Source of the DNA: Pseudothermotoga sp.
GTDB lineage: Bacteria > Thermotogota > Thermotogae > Thermotogales > DSM-5069
NCBI GenBank assembly: GCA_031962025.1
Contig: JAVRKW010000001.1
Direction: 5' to 3' (one strand)
DNA length: 64,000 nt
The notes beneath the pieces were generated by a model. That model did not search any database. It was not told the origin of the DNA and saw only the letters and a list, made by a program, of their open reading frames with translations. Position 1 is the first letter of the stretch; each line of letters opens with the position of its first letter. Shown one piece after another: positions 50,973 through 61,168 of this stretch. A program made the translations under genes and the position numbers.

Positions 50973-52014
50973 TTTTCACACCTCTTTTTTTCAAACGCGT
51001 TATCAACGAGTAGAGTGAGTCCCACGACAGTTCATTTCTACCCATTATCCCGCGCTGCCAAAAGAGCATCAGTAAAATCAATAAAACAGACAAAACCACC
51101 ATTCTCATGCCGGGAATACCAGGGAAGGTGATGGAAGCAATCTTGAATGGACTTTCGAGAAATCTCAGAAACTCAAGTCCAACTGTGTAAATTGAAGCTC
51201 CTATGATTGCCCCGCTGATACTGCCAAGCCCACCGAGCACAGCCATGATGAGTATTTCGAATGTTTTAGAGAAGGCAAATGACTTTGGATCAATTGTGGT
51301 GATGAGATGAGCCCACAGCGATCCTCCAACGCCTGCGAAGAAGGAACCAAGCACGAAGCTCACAACCTGATGTGAAAAAACATTTATTCCCATAGCTTTA
51401 GCAGCTATTGGGTCTTCTCTAATGGCTTTCAGAGCCCTCCCGTAGCTACTTTTCACCAGACTAGAAATCACCAGAACGGTTATGAGCGCCCAGCCCCAGG
51501 ACCAATAGATATTTGTGTATGGTGGAATTGCCTTCAAACCCAGAGCGCCATTTGTGATAGACCAGGCATTATTTGCGATAATTCGTATAGTTTCTCCCAA
51601 TCCAAGTGTGGCAATTGCCAGATAATCGCCTATGAGTCTCAACGATGGTGCCGCAACAACGTAACCAAATCCAGCAGCGACAAGTCCGGCGATTATCGTG
51701 GCTGGCAGAAAAGGAATCTGAATCTGATTCAGTGGGTAGATCAAAGGCTTTATGAGAAAAGTCATCTCTTTTTGTGCAACAGGCAAAGTCAGCAGTGCCG
51801 ATACATACGCGCCTATGGCAATGAAACCGGCATGTCCAAGGGAGAAAATGCCAGTTATTCCATTGATGAGAGTCAGCGAAACCGCAAAAATTATGTTTAT
51901 CGCCATTAGATTTAAGATCAGTATTACATACTCACTCGCCATTTTGTTTGCGAGAAACAGAAGAAAGCCTATGCCAGTGATCAAAGAGATTGTGAGAAAA
52001 AACTTCACCCTCAT
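50965..52014 (-). CDS. livM: Branched-chain amino acid ABC permease
   Basis: FSLGHAGFIAIGAY, GDYLAIATLG, GRALKAIRED. Confidence 0.94.
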   Translation of the reverse strand: MRVKFFLTISLITGIGFLLFLANKMASEYVILILNLMAINIIFAVSLTLINGITGIFSLGHAGFIAIGAYVSALLTLPVAQKEMTFLIKPLIYPLNQIQIPFLPATIIAGLVAAGFGYVVAAPSLRLIGDYLAIATLGLGETIRIIANNAWSITNGALGLKAIPPYTNIYWSWGWALITVLVISSLVKSSYGRALKAIREDPIAAKAMGINVFSHQVVSFVLGSFFAGVGGSLWAHLITTIDPKSFAFSKTFEILIMAVLGGLGSISGAIIGASIYTVGLEFLRFLESPFKIASITFPGIPGMRMVVLSVLLILLMLFWQRGIMGRNELSWDSLYSLITRLKKRGVKNE

Positions 52015-52018
52015 ATTA

Positions 52019-52927
52019 TCACACCTTTTCCGATACTTCCACGCCGAGTATTCCAGTTGGTTTAACAAGCAAAACAAACAACAATATCGCATAAGCAAAA
52101 GCATCTCTGTAACCAGCCAGGGAAGGCACAAATGCGACGATCATGATTTCACTTATTCCCAGTATGAAACCACCGACCATTGCCCCCTGAATGCTACCTA
52201 TACCCCCAACGACTGCCGCTATGAAAGCCTTGAGCCCAGGTATCATACCCGTATAGGGATAAACCTGTGGATATTTCATTGCCCAGAGTATTCCACCTAC
52301 AGCAGCAAGACCGGAACCCAGCATGAACGTAAAACTGATCACTCTATCCGCGTTAACACCCATCAGTTTTGTCATAGGAATGTCTTTTGAAATGGCTCTC
52401 ATCGCCATTCCAACCTTTGTTTTATAAACTATCCACATCAACAGTATCAATGCTAAAACCACAATACCGATTGTGATGAATGTGAGAACAGGTATTTTGA
52501 CATCGCCGATGTCTATCATGTTTAAAAACGATGTTGGGTAAATACCAGTTTGAGGATTGAAAGATTTTGCCCTTCCACCAAATACCACTATTGCAAAATT
52601 CTCCAAAAAGAAAGAGACACCGATGGCAGTTATGAGTGCCGATATCCTGGGTGCATTTCTCAAGGGTCTGTACGCAATTCTTTCAATGAATGCTCCTAAA
52701 AATGCCGTTACGAAGATCGAAAAAATAAAAGCCGCCCACCACGGCATGAGAAACAGTATGACTCCATAAAAGGCAAAGTATATTCCATATGTGAAGATAT
52801 CACCATGTGCAAAATTGATGAGTCTGAGTATGCCATAGACCATTGTATAACCTATAGCGATCAGAGCATAAATTCCACCCAAGGAAAACGCATTGACAAG
52901 GTGCTGTAAAAACCCGGCAAGGCTCAA
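52019..52927 (-). CDS. livH: Branched-chain amino acid ABC permease
   Basis: YALIAIGYTMVYG..LINFAHG, KAFIAAVVGGIGS. Confidence 0.94.
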   Translation of the reverse strand: MSLAGFLQHLVNAFSLGGIYALIAIGYTMVYGILRLINFAHGDIFTYGIYFAFYGVILFLMPWWAAFIFSIFVTAFLGAFIERIAYRPLRNAPRISALITAIGVSFFLENFAIVVFGGRAKSFNPQTGIYPTSFLNMIDIGDVKIPVLTFITIGIVVLALILLMWIVYKTKVGMAMRAISKDIPMTKLMGVNADRVISFTFMLGSGLAAVGGILWAMKYPQVYPYTGMIPGLKAFIAAVVGGIGSIQGAMVGGFILGISEIMIVAFVPSLAGYRDAFAYAILLFVLLVKPTGILGVEVSEKV

Positions 52928-52947
52928 GAAATCACCCCCACTTTTGT

Positions 52948-52968
52948 AAAAGCCCCCTTTCGGGGGCT
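52948..52968 (-). terminator. Hairpin/partial terminator after livK
   Basis: AGCCCCC-GAAA-GGGGGCT followed by TTT on the minus strand. Confidence 0.7.
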
Positions 52969-52972
52969 ATGT

Positions 52973-54100
52973 TCACGGTCTTACAACTGTCATGAGCATG
53001 AATTGACCATTCTTCACGGTGTTGATAACAGCAGGTTTTATTGGATCTCCAGATCCTTCCGGGAAAGTAATTGTTCCGCCAACACCCTGGAAATCCTTCG
53101 TCGCTGCGATTGCATCTCTTATTGCGATCGGGTCAATTGACTGAGCTCTTTCGATTGCATCCAGCACGAGATTGTAAGCATCAAAAGCCAGCGCACCGAA
53201 TGCATCTGGTCTTCTGTTGTATTCCTTGATATATGCTTCAACAAAAGGCTTTGTCGCCACTGAAAGATCAGCGTCCTGATGGAAGTAGGTTGTGTAATAC
53301 AATCCTTCAACAAACTTTCCACCAATCTGTATCAACTCTGGTGCATCTGCACCATCGCCTGCTAAGAAGTTACCTTTAAAACCCAGCTCGCGGGCTTGCT
53401 TGCAGATGAGTGCTATTTCTGAATAATAGCCTGGTAGGAAAATCGTATCCGGATTTTTCGACAGGGCATCTGTCAGTTGAGCGGTGAAATCTTGATCTCC
53501 AGTGTTGTAATATTCATCAAAAAACTTGCCACCAAACTGTTCAAACTTTCTTTTGAAGTAATTGGCAAGACCAACCACATAATCCTGTGCTACATCAACC
53601 ATGATCGCTACTTTCTTTGAACCCAATTGTTCCCAGGCGAATTTTGCAAGCAATTCTCCCTGCATTGGGTCAGTAAAGCATGTCCTGAAAATGAATCTTC
53701 TGTTCTGTGTTACAAGTGGATTTGTAGCGGTGTTTGTGACCATCGCAACCTGTTTTTGCTCGGCTATGGCACCTGCGGCTAAGGCGCACGAACTGGTACA
53801 TGGTCCAAGAATCGCAACGACCTTTTCCACATCGATCAGTCTTTTCACGACATTGGCTGCCTCTGCCTTGTCACCTTTGTTATCAAGAAGAACTACCCTG
53901 ACCGGTATGTCTTTGCCTCCAATTCTCACGGTGGGTCTAAGTTTCATCGCAAGTCTCACACCATCCCACGACATCTGACCAAATCCCGCAATAGGACCGG
54001 TCATTTCCCAGCCAGCTCCGATCTTTACTTCGGTGATCTCAGCTGCAAAAACATAAGCAAAAACCGCTACCATGGCAACAAACACGTAGACCTTCCGCAT
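52973..54100 (-). CDS. livK: Branched-chain amino acid ABC substrate-binding protein
   Basis: Signal peptide, TATNPLVT, FRTCFTDPMQG, DQDFTAQL, FQGVGGTITF. Confidence 0.92.
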   Translation of the reverse strand: MRKVYVFVAMVAVFAYVFAAEITEVKIGAGWEMTGPIAGFGQMSWDGVRLAMKLRPTVRIGGKDIPVRVVLLDNKGDKAEAANVVKRLIDVEKVVAILGPCTSSCALAAGAIAEQKQVAMVTNTATNPLVTQNRRFIFRTCFTDPMQGELLAKFAWEQLGSKKVAIMVDVAQDYVVGLANYFKRKFEQFGGKFFDEYYNTGDQDFTAQLTDALSKNPDTIFLPGYYSEIALICKQARELGFKGNFLAGDGADAPELIQIGGKFVEGLYYTTYFHQDADLSVATKPFVEAYIKEYNRRPDAFGALAFDAYNLVLDAIERAQSIDPIAIRDAIAATKDFQGVGGTITFPEGSGDPIKPAVINTVKNGQFMLMTVVRP

Positions 54101-54150
54101 AATCCAGCCCCCTTTTTGAGAAGAGTACCTGAATCCTCAGGTTGGCACAT

Positions 54151-54177
54151 ATTATACCATATACGTTCTTGTGTCAA
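54151..54177 (-). promoter_or_regulatory. liv operon promoter
   Basis: TTGACA-15 nt-TATAAT with TG extension (TGGTATAAT). Confidence 0.7.
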
Positions 54178-54199
54178 GAACTGATTTTGAATTGACTAC

Positions 54200-54230
54200 A
54201 AAACGCAAAAGGCGGAGGATGACCTCCGCC
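54200..54230 (-). terminator. Rho-independent terminator
   Basis: GGCGGAGG-TCAT-CCTCCGCC followed by TTTTGCGTTTT. Confidence 0.8.
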
Positions 54231-54733
54231 GTACTTTTGAAAAAACCATCATTTGTATTTGTTCTTTCAGATATCTTTCTAAAAAAAGAATACAGATTTC
54301 AATTTTGATCTGAAAAATAACCACATAAAAACTGAATAAGAAGAATTCATCTTCTATAAAAAGTAAATTGCCAAAGACATCACTATGATATTTTTTAAAT
54401 GATTCTGATTGAAACTCAATTAATCGCAACTTTCATCGTAGGTGAATGGTAGTTCACTGTTTAAATCCTGTGTTTTTTAAGTGATCTGTCCTTTAGTTTT
54501 TCAATAGATTTTCCAGCACCAAAAGATTAGACCTATGCCAATTATACGCACTTATCTTTGGATAGATCTACCCGACAAGCTTGTCCATTATATATAATAC
54601 GAAAGTGAAAAAAATAACAAATCGATCAAACTCTCATCCCGAGAGTTTTTTAAAGCATTTTTTGAAAAAAACTACCTGTTTACGGTTGATTTAGAACTTA
54701 GTTGTCCATAAGGTTATTCTGAAATGATATATC

Positions 54734-55402
54734 CTATGTGTCCTTCCAGAATTGGCAGATGAGCTCTGCAAGATCCAGATCTCCCGGTTCTGTAATTTTG
54801 AAGCAATACGGGTCAGCTTGGACTATTTTTACCTTTCTGTTGCTCAGAAAAACAGGTTTTGTGCCATCCTCTGCTTCGAATCTACTGATCGCTTGGATAA
54901 TAATCTCGTACTCGAAAGCCTGTGGTGTTTGGATGCGATACAGAGATTCTCTGGGTATGTAGGAACTCACAAAACCATCTTTGCAGTAAGCGACTGTGTC
55001 AAAAATTGGGACAGCGGCGGTAGCTGCCCCAAAGGTTTTCGCCTGCTGAATGACTTTATCAAGTAAATTCAGTCTCAAAAAAGGTCTTGCTGCATCGTGA
55101 AAGACTACTATCGATGGATTTATATCTCTGAGAAAATCAACTGCTATCAGCGAGGTTTCATGTCTTGTTTTTCCCCCTGTTAGTATCCATTTCACTTTTC
55201 TAAAGTTTTTCGCCATCTGTGTAACACTTTCTTTGTATCCATCAGGTATCATCACAAGGCAGAAATCCACCAGAGAGGATTTTTCAAAGGTTGAAAGTGA
55301 ATAATAAAGAACGGGATGATCACCGATTTTGTAAAATTGTTTTGGGATATCTGTCTTTGCTCTGGTGCTTTTACCAGCAGCCATTATTATACCTATTGTC
55401 AT
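54734..55402 (-). CDS. ispD: IspD/TarI-type cytidylyltransferase
   Basis: AAGKSTR, PKQF, GGKTRHET, HDAARPF, IQTPQAF, KITEPGDL. Confidence 0.85.
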   Translation of the reverse strand: MTIGIIMAAGKSTRAKTDIPKQFYKIGDHPVLYYSLSTFEKSSLVDFCLVMIPDGYKESVTQMAKNFRKVKWILTGGKTRHETSLIAVDFLRDINPSIVVFHDAARPFLRLNLLDKVIQQAKTFGAATAAVPIFDTVAYCKDGFVSSYIPRESLYRIQTPQAFEYEIIIQAISRFEAEDGTKPVFLSNRKVKIVQADPYCFKITEPGDLDLAELICQFWKDT

Positions 55403-55446
55403 CTTTTCACCACCATATGTTAGAATACCAGAAGGGGGAGTGTTTT

Positions 55447-56043
55447 GTGGTAGATGCAAAAAAGTTAGAAGGTATTATTTCCCAGATATCTGGTGTTACA
55501 GCCGTTCGGGTGGTACCCGATGGAGATAATTTGAGAGAAATACACGTGATAGCCGATTCGGCGAAAAATCCAAAGCAGATCGTTCGTGATGTGGAGACAG
55601 CCATACTGGCTTCTACCGGGTTGAGGATAGATAGAAAAATAATAAGTGTTGCCCAAATGTCCGGTGAGGTACGCACTCATCCTGAGTATGTTGTTTCTTC
55701 TCTGACGACAGAGGACCTTGGCAAGAATTTGCGCGTAACAGTCACCGTGGAACACGGCGAAGATAAATATGAAGGTGTTGCCGAAGGTGCAAAAACAAGC
55801 ATTCAGAAACTCAAAACGGCTGCGGCAGCAGTCATTTCAGCCTTTGACGAACTGACCGACAGTATTTACTCGGTTGATGACGTGCGCATTGTCACACTAG
55901 CCGGCAAGGAATTTCTCCTGTGCCATATAACCAGACTCGATAACGGTAAAGAAAAAAGTTTAGTTGGCACTGCCGAGCTTGAGAAGGATCCACTGTTAGC
56001 TGCTGCGAACGCTGCTCTTGAAATCCTGGTCAGATTTCAGTGA
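55447..56043 (+). CDS. Conserved hypothetical protein
   Basis: GTG after GGGGGAG; EIHVIA..KNPKQIVRDVET motif. Confidence 0.75.
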   Translation: MVDAKKLEGIISQISGVTAVRVVPDGDNLREIHVIADSAKNPKQIVRDVETAILASTGLRIDRKIISVAQMSGEVRTHPEYVVSSLTTEDLGKNLRVTVTVEHGEDKYEGVAEGAKTSIQKLKTAAAAVISAFDELTDSIYSVDDVRIVTLAGKEFLLCHITRLDNGKEKSLVGTAELEKDPLLAAANAALEILVRFQ

Positions 56044-56670
56044 ACCTTTATTGTCTAAGCAGTATTCGATAACAACCTTCCTGTATGGTTCGACACCGAT
56101 CGAATAGCTTTTGATGTCACGATGGCTTTTGGCGATTTCGTGTACTATACGCCTTTCAAAGGCAAACATCGGGTCTAAAGTGATCTTTCCTTTGCTGGCT
56201 CTGACCTGTTCAATCACCTGTTTAACCATGCGTTCAAGGTTTTTCTTTCTCCTTTCTCTGTATTCACCTGCGTCGACTATCACCGATAACTTTGTATCGC
56301 TCAATCTGTTGAGATAAATGGTGGCAATGTGCTGTAATGCAGCAAGGGTTTTTCCGTGCTTGCCAATCAATCTGCCAAGATCTTTCCCTTCAAGCTCGAC
56401 TGAAAACCTCTTACCTGCGTACTGAATGTTGACTTTGATGTCTCCATATGTGCTCAGTATGTGATTCATGAACTGTTCAAGTTTTCTTTTATAAAAACCA
56501 TTCTTTATTGTTATTTCAACGACTGCTTCCTTAGCCATGAGACCAAAGAAACCTTTTGAACCTTTTTCGATAACAGTGTAATCAAATTCATCATCTTTGA
56601 GATCATATTGTTGCTTTGCTCTCTCAACAGCTTCTATTACGGTAGGTCCCGTGGCTTTCAGCTTTTTCAC
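55996..56670 (-). CDS. jag: Jag/EloR/KhpB RNA-binding protein
   Basis: Jag_N KGFFG, KH LIGKHGKTL, R3H ERRIVH. Confidence 0.95.
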   Translation of the reverse strand: MKKLKATGPTVIEAVERAKQQYDLKDDEFDYTVIEKGSKGFFGLMAKEAVVEITIKNGFYKRKLEQFMNHILSTYGDIKVNIQYAGKRFSVELEGKDLGRLIGKHGKTLAALQHIATIYLNRLSDTKLSVIVDAGEYRERRKKNLERMVKQVIEQVRASKGKITLDPMFAFERRIVHEIAKSHRDIKSYSIGVEPYRKVVIEYCLDNKGSLKSDQDFKSSVRSS

Positions 56671-56683
56671 CAGCTCTCACCCC

Positions 56684-58015
56684 TTAAGCTTTAGGCTTCA
56701 GACCAAGTAATTCTCTTGTCGTTATGCCTTTGATTTTGTATCGTTTATAGATATAGTAGGTGATTACAAGCTGAATGACGGTGTTGAGAGTATAGTACAG
56801 GAACAAGCCACTTGGTAATCCAACGAACAGAAATGGGAAGATCACAGACATGAGAATTCCCTGCCAGGCACTCCTTGTGTCCTGACTTGTTATGAGTGTG
56901 TTGTAATAACTTGCGACTATTGTGATGATTATGAACAACGCGTTGGGTCCAAAACCCCCGATTGAAAGATCGTTCCAGAACAAAAACCTGCTGCCGAAAG
57001 CGAATTCTTCCTGAAAGTACCTTATCACTGCATAGAGCAAGAAGAATATGGGTAACTGTATGAGCAGCATAAGACAACCGCTTGCAGGATTCACGCCTTC
57101 CTCTTTGTAGACTTTCATCAATTCCTCTTGCTGTTTGGCTGGGTCTTTGTACTTTTTTCTTACTGCTTCAATTTTCGGCTGGAGTTTTCTCATCTTTATC
57201 ATCGATTTTGTCTGTGCATGATACAGTGGATATAGGACTAGTCTGACCACAATGGTGAAGATGACTATGGTCCAGCCAAAGTTCTTTGTCAGATCAAATA
57301 ACCACCAGAAGAACCACACAAGCGGGTAGAAAATCGGGTCATACCACGATGAACTGCCGCTAATTTTCTTTATCTGTGCGAGCAGAATCGGATAATCGTC
57401 TTCGAATAATTTCTTTAGAAACACTCTTTTGTATGGTGCCATGTGAACCATTATTTTTCCAAAGCCGCTGACAGTCAATTTGTTGGAGACAAGATTTGCA
57501 CCATTTGTCTTTGAAATGGAGATAATCCTGTTTTTCGGCGCAAATGACAGAAAATAGTCTTTGACAATACGGTCATTTTCTTCATACCAGACCCTGGGCA
57601 GGGTGATTGTTACGGGGTTTTCTGTTTTGATCTCAACGACTATTAGGTACTCTGGTACGTTCTTGAAAGTTATTATCTTTTGGACACCAGTTTCATATTC
57701 GTAGATCAACGACAGATCTCCAGAATACGTGTTTGGTGCCACCATGGTCCCTTTGATACTGGTCGAAGTTACATTCAAAGGAGAACCGTCTATCGAGAAC
57801 AGCTCAAGACCGTCACCATCTGACTGAAAGATGTGAAGTTTTCTGTCGAGTGTTAGATAGACATTGACAAGATCACCTTTGCTGTTCAGCTCAAATTCAT
57901 TGAACCGCGTTACGACCCTCAGCCCATTCTCGAGGTTTGTCACCTGAATTTCATTTTTCGAGAAAGCAAAGATCACAGAAATAACGAGTAATGTGAAAAT
58001 AATCCATTTTCTCAA
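56684..58015 (-). CDS. yidC: Membrane protein insertase YidC
   Basis: [41 protein letters not shown]. Confidence 0.96.
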   Translation of the reverse strand: MRKWIIFTLLVISVIFAFSKNEIQVTNLENGLRVVTRFNEFELNSKGDLVNVYLTLDRKLHIFQSDGDGLELFSIDGSPLNVTSTSIKGTMVAPNTYSGDLSLIYEYETGVQKIITFKNVPEYLIVVEIKTENPVTITLPRVWYEENDRIVKDYFLSFAPKNRIISISKTNGANLVSNKLTVSGFGKIMVHMAPYKRVFLKKLFEDDYPILLAQIKKISGSSSWYDPIFYPLVWFFWWLFDLTKNFGWTIVIFTIVVRLVLYPLYHAQTKSMIKMRKLQPKIEAVRKKYKDPAKQQEELMKVYKEEGVNPASGCLMLLIQLPIFFLLYAVIRYFQEEFAFGSRFLFWNDLSIGGFGPNALFIIITIVASYYNTLITSQDTRSAWQGILMSVIFPFLFVGLPSGLFLYYTLNTVIQLVITYYIYKRYKIKGITTRELLGLKPKA

Positions 58016-58251
58016 GTCGATCTCCTCCTCAGTGTGAATTTTTCTGGCACAGGATCATGCCCTCCGGGGTTTAAAGGATTGCATCTGATAATTCTTAAAA
58101 GTGCAAGATAACCTCCCTTGAGTACTCCAAAACGTTCAATTGCCTGTATGGCATAGGTTGAACAGGTAGGAGTAAACCTGCATGTCGGTGGTTTAAGTGG
58201 AGAAATGTATTTTTGGTAAAAACGTATCAGTGACACAAGTGCCTTTTTCAT
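58012..58251 (-). CDS. yidD: Membrane protein insertion efficiency factor YidD
   Basis: [30 protein letters not shown]. Confidence 0.96.
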   Translation of the reverse strand: MKKALVSLIRFYQKYISPLKPPTCRFTPTCSTYAIQAIERFGVLKGGYLALLRIIRCNPLNPGGHDPVPEKFTLRRRST

Positions 58252-58604
58252 ATCTCGATCCTCTTTAACAGATCGTATAGTTCTCTTCGAACAAAGGAAT
58301 AAGATAGACTCCCAAAGACTTCCGACAGGGATTTTCTAGGAAGGATGACTATATCAAATCCCTTCGGTAAATCGTTTTTCATCAATCTATAGGCTTCTTT
58401 TATCCAGCGACGAATCTTATTTCTCTGATGAGCTTTGCCAAATTTCCTTCTAACCATCACGGCTATCCTATTGTATTCAAAGCCGTTTTTAATGTACATA
58501 ACAGTGAAAAAATCACTTTGAAGAGCCTTCCCTTCCTTGAACACCCTGTCGAAGTCTCTGGTCAGTCTCAAACGCTCCGCCTTGGGTAGAGAGAAATCGT
58601 TCAA
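58248..58604 (-). CDS. rnpA: Ribonuclease P protein component
   Basis: ERL...[20 protein letters not shown] overlapping the rpmH stop. Confidence 0.95.
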   Translation of the reverse strand: MNDFSLPKAERLRLTRDFDRVFKEGKALQSDFFTVMYIKNGFEYNRIAVMVRRKFGKAHQRNKIRRWIKEAYRLMKNDLPKGFDIVILPRKSLSEVFGSLSYSFVRRELYDLLKRIEI

Positions 58605-58735
58605 ACGGCTATTCTCCATCTACCTTTTGCGCGTCTGCGAGCCAGAACTTTTCGACCGGATGGAGTTCTCGATCTTGCCAGAAAACCATGAGTCTTCTGC
58701 CTTTTTCTGCGATTGGGTTGATAAGTTCTCTTCAT
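58601..58735 (-). CDS. rpmH: 50S ribosomal protein L34 (not in ORF track)
   Basis: [53 protein letters not shown]. Confidence 0.98.
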   Translation of the reverse strand: MKRTYQPNRRKRQKTHGFLARSRTPSGRKVLARRRAKGRWRIAV

Positions 58736-58797
58736 CCTTGATCCTCCTTCTAAATCTTATAGCCTTTGCCATTGTACCACATGTCATGGTCTTGTGG

Positions 58798-59850
58798 TCA
58801 ACCAATTCTATTCTTAATCATACCAATTGCCGACGCAATTGCCAATGCCCTTTTTTCACCTATGCCATCCACAGATTGAAGACTGTCGATGGTTGCTTCG
58901 CTGAGTAATTTGAGATTCTTGAAGGTTTTAACAACCTTTGTGGAAATGCTTATTGGAATTTTGGCAGTGTACTTCAGCACTCTGTATCCACGCGGATACA
59001 GAACAACTTCACCAGCTTGAGCCAGATTTTGAATATCAACCCCAAGAGCTCGAATGATTCTCAAAAGAGAGACTTCTTTATCTTCTCCAAGTCTTTTGAT
59101 TAATTCTCGAGCCTGGTCCAGGTCCAGATCTTTTTGTGAGTAATCCATTACCAATAGACATGTTATATCTTCCACATCTTGCAAAATTTCCTCCAATTGC
59201 ATACTCATTAACTTGCCTTCTTCACCCAGCTCAACCAGATAGGGATATGTCTCTTCGTAAGTTTTCATTATGATTAATGCCTTTTCAATGGCGCGAGCGA
59301 CATCATATATCGAAACTCCCGAATGAAATTCGTTGATTTCTATTTCAGAAACGATTTTATCAAAATTGGTCCTGTATTTTTCAAGGGTATTTATGGCTTG
59401 GGATACTCTTGCCATTAAGATGCGAGTGTCGTTCATCACATACTTATATTCACCCCAGTAAAGTGAAATCACATTTCTCCTCTTGGATATTGCAACAACC
59501 ATTTTCCCCGTTTGCTTTGCCACTCGCTCGGCTGTTCGATGTCTCATGCCGGTCTCCAAGGTTGGAATCATCGGATCAGGCACAAGATGAACATTTGCAA
59601 AGAGTATTTTTGAGAGATCTTCCGAAACAACTATTGCTCCATCCATTTTCGCTAGTTCATAAAGCCTCTCCGGCGAGAAGGTACAGTCTAAATCAAATCC
59701 TCCTTGAATTATATCTTCATATTTTTGAGGATCATCGACGAAAAAGAGCAATGCGCCGAGGTTCGCCGATATGATATCGTCCAGAGCCTTTCTCAGTTTC
59801 GTCCCAGGTGAAAGAAGGGCGATTTTACCGAGCAACTCATCTGGTATCAG
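58798..59850 (-). CDS. disA: DNA integrity scanning diadenylate cyclase DisA
   Basis: PGTKLR, MDGA, GMRHRTA, C-terminal HhH VDGIGEKRA; start uncertain (CTG 59850 or TTG 59835). Confidence 0.95.
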   Translation of the reverse strand: MIPDELLGKIALLSPGTKLRKALDDIISANLGALLFFVDDPQKYEDIIQGGFDLDCTFSPERLYELAKMDGAIVVSEDLSKILFANVHLVPDPMIPTLETGMRHRTAERVAKQTGKMVVAISKRRNVISLYWGEYKYVMNDTRILMARVSQAINTLEKYRTNFDKIVSEIEINEFHSGVSIYDVARAIEKALIIMKTYEETYPYLVELGEEGKLMSMQLEEILQDVEDITCLLVMDYSQKDLDLDQARELIKRLGEDKEVSLLRIIRALGVDIQNLAQAGEVVLYPRGYRVLKYTAKIPISISTKVVKTFKNLKLLSEATIDSLQSVDGIGEKRALAIASAIGMIKNRIG

Positions 59851-59851
59851 A

Positions 59852-61168
59852 TCAAGTCACCCCCAATGCCCTGCCAAGTTCCTGCACAGAACTGATTTTT
59901 CGAATATCATCCTCTTTAAACTCCGCAGTTTTGGGAACGATTATCGAGTTAATACCGATTTTTCTGATCGCTTCGATTCTCGATCTCATGCGATGAACAT
60001 GCTTGACAGAACCATCTAAGCTCACTTCACCGATCAATGCTGTTCTGCCAATCTGTTTGTCTAACATCGAAGACAATAATGCTCCAACAACAGCCGCATC
60101 AATCCCGGGATCGGTGATCTTTAAACCTCCCAGTATATTCACATACACATCGTGTGATTCTATGGCTAAATGCATATGCCTTCCAATCACTGCTATCAGC
60201 AAAAGTAACCTTGTTGTTTCAAAGCCATTGCTTACTCGCCTTGGCATGGTACTTTTGGCTCTGGAAACGAGTGCTTGAACCTGCACCACAAAAGTTCGAG
60301 ATCCCTCGACTGCACAGGTCAAACAGTTGCCTGGTAACTGGTCCTGTGCATCGTAAAAAGTCGGATTGACAACCTGTTTGAGACCTTCTTCGGTCATTTC
60401 GAAAATTGCTACCTCTCCAGATGGACCAAAGCGATTTTTCATGATTCTCAGAATTCTCAATTCTGTGTTTCTTTCTCCTTCAAAATAGACAACTGTATCG
60501 ACTAAATGTTCAACCAGTTTTGGACCTGATATTTCACCGCTTTTAGTTATATGTGCTATCAGTATACCTGGAACAGATAATTCTTTGCATTTACTGATTA
60601 TTTTCTCGGCGCATGTGCGAATCTGTAAAATGCTACCCGGGTACGTGCCCACTTCGGGTGAGTACATCGTTTGAAGTGAATCGACCACAAGCAGAGCATA
60701 ATTTTGATTGAGTGAATCAAGTACCTGTTCCAGGTCATTTTCAGAACAAATCATGATATTCTCGGTGCCATCACAGGAAAGTCTTTGAGCTCTGATGGCT
60801 ATCTGATCTGCCGATTCTTCTGCAGCGACGTATAAAGTTCCCAGCCCATTCTTTGAGAACTGATTGCATATCTCGAGTGCCAAGGTGCTCTTGCCAACAC
60901 CAGGTTCTCCACCGAGCAAGAGCACCTGTCCAGGAAGAATTCCTCCACCAAGAGCTATATCGAGCTCGGTAAAACCAGTACTGAGCCTTCCGATTACCTT
61001 GGAAGATCTCACAACCTGATTCAGGCTGACAATCGGTGTTTTATTTTTCACCGTCTGCGTTTTCAGTTCAGTCGCAGTGTTCCATTCACCGCAATTTGGA
61101 CATCTGCCGAACCATTTCACCGATTCATAACCGCAGTTGGTGCAGACAAAATAACTCTTTTCTTTCAT
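59852..61168 (-). CDS. radA: DNA repair protein RadA/Sms
   Basis: CTNCG...CPNC, GEPGVGKST, KNRFG, Lon-like C-terminus. Confidence 0.97.
   Translation of the reverse strand: MKEKSYFVCTNCGYESVKWFGRCPNCGEWNTATELKTQTVKNKTPIVSLNQVVRSSKVIGRLSTGFTELDIALGGGILPGQVLLLGGEPGVGKSTLALEICNQFSKNGLGTLYVAAEESADQIAIRAQRLSCDGTENIMICSENDLEQVLDSLNQNYALLVVDSLQTMYSPEVGTYPGSILQIRTCAEKIISKCKELSVPGILIAHITKSGEISGPKLVEHLVDTVVYFEGERNTELRILRIMKNRFGPSGEVAIFEMTEEGLKQVVNPTFYDAQDQLPGNCLTCAVEGSRTFVVQVQALVSRAKSTMPRRVSNGFETTRLLLLIAVIGRHMHLAIESHDVYVNILGGLKITDPGIDAAVVGALLSSMLDKQIGRTALIGEVSLDGSVKHVHRMRSRIEAIRKIGINSIIVPKTAEFKEDDIRKISSVQELGRALGVT

Noticed and set aside
54230..54730. Possible replication origin (AT-rich, near the rpmH-jag cluster)
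   Set aside because: No dnaA adjacent and no repeated DnaA-box array recognisable
58620..58805. 61-aa ORF in the track upstream of rnpA
   Set aside because: Wrong frame; the real gene is rpmH at 58601-58735
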